Program-made: the position numbers and the translations under genes
Notes under the pieces: model-generated
The model's input: the letters and a program-made list of their open reading frames with translations, nothing else
Told to the model about the DNA's origin: nothing
Database searches by the model: none
Origin: Amoeboradix gromovi X-113
Lineage: Eukaryota > Fungi > Sanchytriomycota
Direction: 5' to 3'
Length of the DNA: 6,687 nucleotides
Assembly: GCA_018985225.1 (NCBI GenBank)
Contig: JADGIF010000556.1
Span: 1-6,687 of the forward strand
Shown here: piece after piece, positions 1 through 6,607 of the stretch
How positions within the stretch are numbered: the stretch's first letter is position 1
Layout of the letters: each line of letters opens with the position of its first letter

Positions 1-66
1 AATAAAGCTGAAATAATGTTCCAAGTTGTTACAGAAAGTTAGTCTAGTTTTTATATTTGATGTCCC
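1..66 (+). repeat. Left copy of an inverted repeat bracketing the window (truncated by window start)
   Basis: The reverse complement of 1..66 (gggacatcaaatataaaaactagactaactttctgtaacaacttggaacattatttcagctttatt) matches 6608..6673 at 64/66 with no gaps. Mismatches are at 31/6643 and 45/6629. Confidence 0.97.
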
Positions 67-348
67 ATGTGTTTATTTTCAAATTTTCAATCGACCTACT
101 TCAATTTAAGATTCCGATTCAGGAAATGCGATGAGAATGCTGCGCTGTAATCAACTATATTCACTTTTATATAATCCAGTGCTAATTTATTGAAAAGTCG
201 ATATTATTCCAAAGTCACAAGTGAGTAGAGAAAAAGGTGTTGAAATGTTATATATCATAACCGATTCTTCTGCAATAGGCCATAACAATACCTAGTATTG
301 CTCGTGTTCTAAAAACTCCTGGTACATTTCTTCGATGTTAAATTAAAA

Positions 349-525
349 AATCACGCGAACATGTCTGAAGTTGATAATGATAAGATTCTCGAACCATGTG
401 TTTGTGAAATGGAAGCATGCATTCATTCGAAACTCATTTATTACTCAGATGCACTTTTAAGTCTTCGTTCTCGTCCTTATTGCAAGTGTGTAACTCTTGG
501 GGTGGATATATTCTTACTATTTTGA
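349..525 (+). pseudogene. Possible frameshifted remnant of a RING-CH (MARCH/RINGv-type) E3 ligase domain
   Basis: Motif pieces occur in RINGv order but in different frames: RTCL (356..367), EVDNDKILEPCVC (367..405), NGSM (408..419), IH (421..426), and YC/VCN (478..494). The RINGv consensus is CRIC..LIxPCxCxGSxxxVH..CxxC. Recognised by eye only and needs several 1-2 nt indels. Confidence 0.35.
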
Positions 526-841
526 ATCAAAAGGTCTGATTTACTGGGTACATTGATTAGTTATCTCAAAATTGATGAATAATTTTGAACTTTATTATCG
601 GAATTAAGTATGGTCTTGTGTCCTTGTTTGCCAAGAAATTTGGATTTCAATTTTGAAAGCTTCCAGTAATTAGGAGTGAAAAAATACGATTTCATTTCGA
701 AGGGTTCCCCCAATCAAGTTCTGTGACTCTAAAAAATGGCCTACTAACTGGACAACGTCAGTATGAGCTAATAAATATAGTCATTGGCTCAGAGCCCATT
801 AATTTTATACAAAGTGAAATCTCAACAAAGCTCTTTTTCTT

Positions 842-1828
842 ATGAGGAAGAGTTCGAAAGGTTTAATACTTGTTGCGGTAAGTGCTTTGCTTTTTAGTTT
901 GATGTCGCTGTTCGTCAAACTGTGCGATTTGTCGTCATGGGAAGTGTTTTTCATTCGAGGGTTGTTCCAAGCTCTCATAAGTTTAGTTTCAGCCAGGCAT
1001 GCTAAAGTAAGTCCTTTTGGGTACAAAGGTGCAAGATCACTTTTGTCACTGAACGGCCTATTCGGCGCATTAAGAATTGCATTCTTTTTTTATTCCGTCA
1101 AGAATGGTCATCTTGGTGATGTCACTGCAATTTTCTTTACTGCTCCGGCAATTGTGGTTTTAATTGGAGCGTTATTTTTTAAAGAGAATCTTAAAGTTTC
1201 TACTATATTTTCAATTTTATTCTGCATGTCTGGTACCGCATTAGTAGCTAAACCCCAATTTTTGTTTGGTCGTAACGGTTCGAATAAAGATGATGAACAA
1301 GATGCTCTTATAATTGCTGTGTTTGGGGCTATTGTTTCTGCTGCATTCTACATTACGATTCCATTCGTTAACAGAAAAGCAAACGACAAAGCTATTATAT
1401 TTTATTTTGGAGCAATAAGTGCGATAGTAAGTTTTATTCCAATGATCTTGTCTGAACCTAGATGGCCCAGTAAGATGACATGGATATGGGTAGGTCTTGT
1501 AGTTATTTGTGGATACTTTGGGCAGGTCTGCCTGAATACTGGCTTAAAAATCGCAAAACGATCAGCTCTACTAGTAAGAAATATAGATGTTGCATTGGCA
1601 TTTGCCTATGCATATTTTATATTCAGCAAAGAAGTAACTCTGACTAGCATCATCGGAGCGACATTGATCTGTGCAGGTGGAGCCCTACTCGTTATTCAGA
1701 GTTTGTTTGAGAATGAGGATCAGCTAAATGGTATTGAACCACTAACCGATGTGGAAAAGCAGAACTTCAGTGGTGTTGAACATGATGGTAGTGAGGACGA
1801 AAACACACCTCTTCTGAGCCAGTTATAA
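842..1828 (+). CDS. EamA/DMT-superfamily membrane transporter, SLC35G-like (about 10 TM, two EamA repeats)
   Basis: 328-aa ORF with about 10 hydrophobic segments. The motifs LFSLMSLFVKL, EVFFIRGLFQ, LGDVTAIFFTAP..ALFFKE, LVAKPQFLFG, GYFGQVCLNTGL and VRNIDVALAF resemble SLC35G and fungal DMT proteins. The acidic C-tail ends EDENTPLL. Confidence 0.9.
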   Translation: MRKSSKGLILVAVSALLFSLMSLFVKLCDLSSWEVFFIRGLFQALISLVSARHAKVSPFGYKGARSLLSLNGLFGALRIAFFFYSVKNGHLGDVTAIFFTAPAIVVLIGALFFKENLKVSTIFSILFCMSGTALVAKPQFLFGRNGSNKDDEQDALIIAVFGAIVSAAFYITIPFVNRKANDKAIIFYFGAISAIVSFIPMILSEPRWPSKMTWIWVGLVVICGYFGQVCLNTGLKIAKRSALLVRNIDVALAFAYAYFIFSKEVTLTSIIGATLICAGGALLVIQSLFENEDQLNGIEPLTDVEKQNFSGVEHDGSEDENTPLLSQL

Positions 1829-1832
1829 TAAA
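1827..1832 (+). promoter_or_regulatory. Candidate polyadenylation signal AATAAA overlapping the transporter stop codon
   Basis: The sequence reads ttaTAAtaaa, with the stop at 1826..1828 and AATAAA at 1827..1832. Only 39 bp separate this stop from the convergent kinase stop. Confidence 0.45.
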
Positions 1833-1867
1833 CATTTCTGAGTATTTTAGACACGCAATAAGATTAT

Positions 1868-3097
1868 TTACTTTCGTAAGCTTGTCCAAAGTTCCAATTG
1901 CCCTTTTGCACTTAGTTTTTCATCCATACTCATCATACTCTTTATCAGTCGCTTGTAATCGCTATCGCATGGAAGCTCATCCAAGATATCCAGGAGCGTT
2001 TGTTCTGATTCATGACCTGTAAACTTGAATCCTTCTTTGCTGTAAAGTATTCCAGTAATTTCTATGAGTGATTTGCCTAGTGCATATAAATCCAGGAGCC
2101 TTGAATTAAATTTTTTCACTTCCAGTTCCTCAATTCTAGATTTTATCTCATCAATAGTATCACCTATCCGATTAAATGTAGGTATCGAGTGTAGGTGGTC
2201 GTTTACATCGTTTATTCGCCTCCAGGCATCCGATATAATATTTATTTCATGTTTGTAATCCTTTATAAATTTGTTGATTTCATCAGTACTGTGATACGGT
2301 CTCTGCTTGCGCGGTATCCTCAACAACTTGAATAACTTTTTTAGCAAAATATATTCTATAAAATAAAATGATACAGATCGAGGAAGAAATAACATAGAAC
2401 CACCATTTTCAATAACTCTCTCTGCATTGTCGGAAGACGAGTTGAAATCAATTAGCTTAATTATGAACGATGGATTATCTGAAGCACTAGGGTGATTCTT
2501 TAGGGCCATATTATCAGGTTTTATGTCCATATGATAGACACCTTTGTCATGCATATAAACAAGAGCGCTTAAAACGCCGGTTGCAGTATGGTAGATGATA
2601 TTCGAAGGTGAGTTACTAACGCTAGAGAAAAGTAGAGAATCGATCTTAGGTGGGACATCTGGTGAGCTATCTTCAATTATCATGGAATCAAATCCATTCT
2701 TAGGAACTTGGGCATCCTGCCACAGCTCTGCAAAAGATAACATATCGTAATCACAGAGCTCAAGTAATAATTTAACATTACATTCATTATTAGGACCAAT
2801 GACAATTTCAGTCCAGAAGGATTTCGATTTGACAATGTTTGGGTGATCTAAATGAGATAAAAGTTTAATTTCATTTTGCATGCCTCTACTTAAAATGCAA
2901 TTTCCGTTTTCTGTATGTGAAATTACAGTCTTTAATGCGAAACTTTCAGCTTCATTTTCTACAGACACTTTCTCAACGGACCCAAATTTACCGGTTCCCA
3001 AATTCCCTTCATGTACAACATTGTGTCGGGTCTCAGACGGCATTGTATACTCAGAATAAATTGGCATTAAGTACATGAAAAATAGGAAAGTAAACAT
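1868..3097 (-). CDS. Divergent eukaryotic Ser/Thr protein kinase with a putative signal peptide
   Basis: 409 aa. Gly loop LGTGKFGSV, catalytic Lys FALK, alphaC NEI, LDHPNIV, hinge LLLELCD, catalytic loop YHMDIKPDN, IKLIDFN, and subdomain IX DLYALG are all present. The N-terminus MFTFLFFMYLMPIYS is hydrophobic. Confidence 0.92.
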   Translation of the reverse strand: MFTFLFFMYLMPIYSEYTMPSETRHNVVHEGNLGTGKFGSVEKVSVENEAESFALKTVISHTENGNCILSRGMQNEIKLLSHLDHPNIVKSKSFWTEIVIGPNNECNVKLLLELCDYDMLSFAELWQDAQVPKNGFDSMIIEDSSPDVPPKIDSLLFSSVSNSPSNIIYHTATGVLSALVYMHDKGVYHMDIKPDNMALKNHPSASDNPSFIIKLIDFNSSSDNAERVIENGGSMLFLPRSVSFYFIEYILLKKLFKLLRIPRKQRPYHSTDEINKFIKDYKHEINIISDAWRRINDVNDHLHSIPTFNRIGDTIDEIKSRIEELEVKKFNSRLLDLYALGKSLIEITGILYSKEGFKFTGHESEQTLLDILDELPCDSDYKRLIKSMMSMDEKLSAKGQLELWTSLRK

Positions 3098-3455
3098 AGT
3101 GTAGCCCCCAGTTTCTGATAAACTTTGTGCTTAATGTATCAAACATCGGAGAGTGCAAGTATAATACACTGCTACAGCCCGTAAAATGGCTTTCAGTACG
3201 GGAAAAATTGAATAATAGGCTGAAGCAACTGCCATCATGAAACGTTTGGTAATCAATTTGGAATTAGTTTTAGGACTGATGGTACACTTTGGAAATTCCG
3301 GGTTTTTCTAAAATTTTAGGTTATCCTAAAATCATACATCCTCATTTTCAAGGTCTCCTAAAAGATAAAGGGCTCCAAGAACATTAAAGGCAACGGTTTA
3401 GAACAACACAAAATAACAAAGAATTATTACTAATAAGTACCAGCAGGAGTCATGC

Positions 3456-3463
3456 AAACAAAA
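3456..3463 (-). terminator. Candidate RNA polymerase III terminator for tRNA-Gly (TTTTGTTT)
   Basis: A T-run starts after a 5-nt spacer downstream of the tRNA discriminator base on the minus strand. The run is only T4 plus T3, so it is weak. Confidence 0.45.
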
Positions 3464-3468
3464 GTGTT

Positions 3469-3539
3469 TGCGTGAGCCGGGAATCGAACCCGGGGCCCGT
3501 GCATGGCAAGCACGGATTTTACCACTAAACCACTCACGC
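3469..3539 (-). tRNA. tRNA-Gly (anticodon GCC), 71 nt, intronless, no encoded CCA
   Basis: The reverse complement is GCGTGAG TG GTTT AGTGGTA AAAT C CGTGC TT GCC AT GCACG GGCC CCGGG TTCGATT CCCGG CTCACGC A. It has a 7-bp acceptor stem, 5-bp anticodon and T stems, an A-box, and a B-box (GGTTCGATTCC at 3480..3490). It closely resembles fungal cytosolic tRNA-Gly(GCC). Confidence 0.98.
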
Positions 3540-3873
3540 CTACAAAATTATTTTTCCATTCACATATTTTTTCTGATTTATTTTGGATTGGACAACTATC
3601 TGGACTGTACGAGATCCATTTTCTCTTGCTTTGTGAAATTTAACACTTGGAAGCAACCAAGCATCTTAGAATTTGCTGTAAGAGCAGTGTGGGTTTTGCC
3701 TGGGCTTGCTTTATCCTTGGTTTAATTCCTAAACTTCTTGTTACTTAGAGTATCTTATTTTGAAGTCTTTCATAACCACGTGCTCGGAGCAAGTAAAAAA
3801 TACCAATTTGATTGGTGCAGAACATGAAAGCTGATCTCAAATCATATTAAAACGACGAAACAGGTTTTTCTTG

Positions 3874-4146
3874 ATGACCGCTATTGAAGATGACTATTCT
3901 TTTATTTCGTCAATTGACATAATTAGTTTATGCAGCGATCAAGAATTAACATTCTCTGAACTAATGAGAAACGCTCATAAACCTCTTCAGCTTTACCAAG
4001 AAAATCAATACAGCAGGCGTAAATTAAAGTTGATGGCCAATAAATGGATCAATGAACTGTTAAAAGGCGAATTCTCCTCCGATTACGAAAAAAGTCTCAA
4101 ATTACAACAAGAAAAAAAACAATGGTATGCCCTGAAAGACAACTAA
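3874..4146 (+). CDS. Hypothetical small protein or gene fragment (90 aa from ATG), possibly spliced
   Basis: The ORF has charged, helical-looking composition but no recognised family. A donor-like G|GTATGC at 4125 and an acceptor tgtag ending at 4165 would give a 41-nt intron and extend the frame to TGA at 4275..4277. Confidence 0.35.
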   Translation: MTAIEDDYSFISSIDIISLCSDQELTFSELMRNAHKPLQLYQENQYSRRKLKLMANKWINELLKGEFSSDYEKSLKLQQEKKQWYALKDN

Positions 4147-4343
4147 AATGTTTAGTTGTCTGTAGCAATAAATTATGTAATATAAAAACTATCTTTAAAA
4201 TTCCTGATTTAACAGATATTCCCGATGTTAGCCAGTTTGTTACAATGGTTTCTCCAGCTAATCTGAGGTTAGAATGAGCAGGGCTGTACATACTCCCATG
4301 TTCCTTGCTGTAATATGATCTCTATCCACTTGTAAATGGTAGC

Positions 4344-4640
4344 TTATGCGTATTTGTGCATCCAGGCCGGTTTCTTCAGAGCGCAGCAGCAGCTTGTACT
4401 CATTTGAACAGCGAGGGTCTGATTAAGTTCCACCAACGTCTTCAACTTTTCTTTGGAGTGCATTTTATTTTTACACCAGTCTGAGTACATTTTTAACTCT
4501 GTCTGAAGGGAGTAAATTGGAACGATTAAGCTCATGTAATCACAATAAATGTTATGTTTGGTTCAATCGAGAGCTTTAAGACAAGAGTATCCATCTTTCG
4601 TTGTGATCATTTCGGAGAGTAATAAAATCGTAAGATGTTT
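4344..4640 (-). pseudogene. Decayed RhoGEF Dbl-homology (DH)-like domain, probably the former 3' part of the 5077..6585 gene
   Basis: One frame reads KHLTILLLSEMITTKDGYSCLKALD*TKHNIYCDYMSLIVPIYSLQTELKMYSDWCKNKMHSKEKLKTL..ALKKPAWMHKYA*. DH landmarks appear in order: ELIxTExxY, IxxIYxL, YxxYCxN and LxKPxQRxxKY. There is an internal TGA at 4563..4565 and apparent deletions. Confidence 0.5.
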
Positions 4641-4930
4641 AGAGAAAGAATAACCGTTTTCTGCAGCTGCTTATCTTTCCGAAACTGCAGCAAGTCTTGC
4701 TGTTTTGGTGGTAGGAAACCTTTGAAATAGACTATTTGATATTGCTTAGGATGCGCAAGGTTTTTTTGACTCTATCTGAGCTCAGTAGATGATTTCATAG
4801 CACTTTTAAAGCTCAAGTGAAGTATCGTTATTTAAATTGAATTTAAGGCGTTGCTTGTTCTCGAATCAGAACTTGAAGCTCAGAAGTCACTCTGTTGTAG
4901 CATTTCATCCATAAAAGCTTATTGAAATTA

Positions 4931-5007
4931 CTGAAAGTAGATTTTGAAGTTAAGTTTAATTAAAATGAATAAAATCGGATTTACAAGTCTTTTTTGTTGT
5001 GCTATAC
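4931..5007 (-). other. Candidate 77-nt spliceosomal intron in the decayed 3' region
   Basis: The minus strand reads CAG|GTATAG ... cttaac (branch-like) ... ctactttcAG. It is AT-rich and phase 0 relative to the read-through frame of the 502-aa ORF. Confidence 0.35.
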
Positions 5008-5076
5008 CTGCTTATTTTATAAGCTTAGTTAAAAGTGTATTTCATTTGCGTCAAAGATACCGCTTAAAAGATTGTG

Positions 5077-6585
5077 TTAATTCTCGGGATCGAGTTTCAG
5101 TACACTTCGTCTAAAAGTTTTTACAGGATCTGGAAGAACTTTGATAGTCAGGCTCGCAGCGTTTCTTTCATAAACTTGGTCTGCTGACATATTCAATTCA
5201 TTACTTGCTCTTGCTATAAAATCATTTCTTTTTGTTGCTGTATATCGCTCCTGCTGCGGTTCTATATTTAAAGTCATATTAGGACCATCATTGAGATTGC
5301 TTAGCGCACTGTTTGAAAGTGAAATAACAACTGGGGATTGCAAAATTGGAGAGAGTTGAGGCTTTGGTAATTGTCGTCTGACAGTTTTATACCGAGTATC
5401 TCCACTGGAGGGAGTCAGCAGAACTGCAAAAGACCCTTCATCACTCGATTTATCAGACATATTATCTGCTGATTTATGGTCAGTAGCTGCATGTGATGAT
5501 GATAAGGGCCTTACATTTAAATCGTTATTTTCTTTTTTATCAGTACTTTGGCCCAGTTTTGCAAATGAACGAGACTTTTGAAGAGAGTTAGTTAACATGG
5601 AAAGTGCAGGTGGTTTTGCACGACTATTTGATTTAGTATGAGGATTATTTCCAATCTCCAGGTCAATTATGGATGCAAAATTTGTGGGCCTCGGTGCGAC
5701 ACTGATTTTGCGAGTAGTAACTTTGGGCAGAGAGGTTTCATCTTCATTTACAATTCCTTTCTCCCCATTTAACTGACCAGGTGCTAAGTTTATCGTAGGC
5801 TTTGACGAAAAACTAATCCTTCGGACAGATAACTCAATTGGAATAGGATGCTGATCTTTTTTTTCATTAATTTTTGATAAGTTTATGCTTGATAGCTGAG
5901 CTCCCTGTGAGTCATTAGTAACAATCTGAGAAGGACCTTTATTAAATGAAACAGAGTCTTCTAACAAGTTCTGGCTATTGTCTTTTAAATTCTTTTTTCC
6001 TGATACTGCCACAAAATCTGTGTGCAGATTTCTTCCACCATTATTCAAAGTTATTAAATTTTGCAGTACCAATTCGAATTCAGTATTTACAAAAGTATAG
6101 GGAAATATCTTCAGCCTGGTTCTCACTATACTTGCTTGGTTCAAAATCTCAGCGCATTGACTCTCAAATTCTTCTTGACTTTTACTTTTAAATGTTTTTT
6201 TCACACTTTTCACTATCTCTTTTACTTTCTCTTCTATGTTTGCTGTATTCATGGATGCACTAGCTCCCATCTGAGACCCGAAATTGCATCCTATATATAG
6301 CATCTGTATTGCTATATCCATCATCAGAATTATTCTCTCTTGCAATTCACTTCCAATTTGCAAATCCTTTGTTGCTTTCATGTATGAATCTCCACTTAAC
6401 CTAATTATGGTCTCTGATACATCTAGTACCATTGAAGATAAGATTGACGCGTCGCATCCAAGTAACTTCATATGTAAATACCCAATGTTTTTTGCTCTGT
6501 CACAGCATTCTACGCTTGTACTTGCAAATGACTTGTTGTTATTGTTTGTCAATATTCTTAACGCCTCTATAAACTCAATCGACAT
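5077..6585 (-). CDS. Hypothetical 502-aa protein: N-terminal helical region, long Ser/Asn/Pro-rich low-complexity linker, C-terminal degenerate SH3-like segment
   Basis: An uninterrupted 1509-nt ORF in AT-rich DNA. About the first 180 aa look amphipathic and helical. The segment YTATKRNDFIARASNELNMSADQVY resembles the SH3 N-half (ALYDFxAxxxxELSxxxGD), but the WW and GxFPxNY motifs are not recognisable. Confidence 0.75.
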   Translation of the reverse strand: MSIEFIEALRILTNNNNKSFASTSVECCDRAKNIGYLHMKLLGCDASILSSMVLDVSETIIRLSGDSYMKATKDLQIGSELQERIILMMDIAIQMLYIGCNFGSQMGASASMNTANIEEKVKEIVKSVKKTFKSKSQEEFESQCAEILNQASIVRTRLKIFPYTFVNTEFELVLQNLITLNNGGRNLHTDFVAVSGKKNLKDNSQNLLEDSVSFNKGPSQIVTNDSQGAQLSSINLSKINEKKDQHPIPIELSVRRISFSSKPTINLAPGQLNGEKGIVNEDETSLPKVTTRKISVAPRPTNFASIIDLEIGNNPHTKSNSRAKPPALSMLTNSLQKSRSFAKLGQSTDKKENNDLNVRPLSSSHAATDHKSADNMSDKSSDEGSFAVLLTPSSGDTRYKTVRRQLPKPQLSPILQSPVVISLSNSALSNLNDGPNMTLNIEPQQERYTATKRNDFIARASNELNMSADQVYERNAASLTIKVLPDPVKTFRRSVLKLDPEN

Positions 6586-6607
6586 TCAAGCCACATTAAC
6601 TACAAAC

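Noticed and set aside
805-1026. 73-aa minus-strand ORF
   Set aside because: It is an antisense shadow of the well-supported transporter CDS and has no motifs.
2064-2258. 64-aa plus-strand ORF
   Set aside because: It is an antisense shadow inside the kinase CDS.
3105-3109. GGGGG 7 nt upstream of the kinase ATG, reminiscent of microsporidian CCC/GGG start-proximal motifs
   Set aside because: It is a single short instance and is not consistently present at the other starts.
3308-3332. Overlapping palindrome ctaaaattttag and hairpin attttagg-ttat-cctaaaat upstream of the kinase
   Set aside because: It is short and AT-rich, compatible with chance, and has no second copy or element boundaries.
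3468-3725. 85-aa plus-strand ORF (MREPGIEPGARAWQARILPLNHSR..)
   Set aside because: The N-terminus is simply the antisense translation of tRNA-Gly and starts at TTG. This is a common spurious protein.
3541-3780. Nearly open minus-strand frame upstream of the tRNA with two TAA codons
   Set aside because: There is no recognisable motif, and it cannot be distinguished from random intergenic sequence.
4097-4291. 64-aa minus-strand ORF as an independent gene
   Set aside because: It is short and overlaps the plus-strand ORF. At most its first residues belong to the DH remnant.
4344-5079. TAA/TAG reassigned to Gln (ciliate or aphelid-type code), since reading TAR as Q gives plausible text such as QNKQQFQQAF
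   Set aside because: The three long ORFs (1239 codons in total) contain no internal TAR, use CAA/CAG for Gln, and end in TAA. The region also contains TGA stops and a frameshift, so pseudogene decay fits better.
5946-6300. Two plus-strand ORFs (81 and 79 aa)
   Set aside because: Both are antisense shadows of the 502-aa ORF. Their Phe/Leu richness mirrors Lys/Glu codons on the coding strand.
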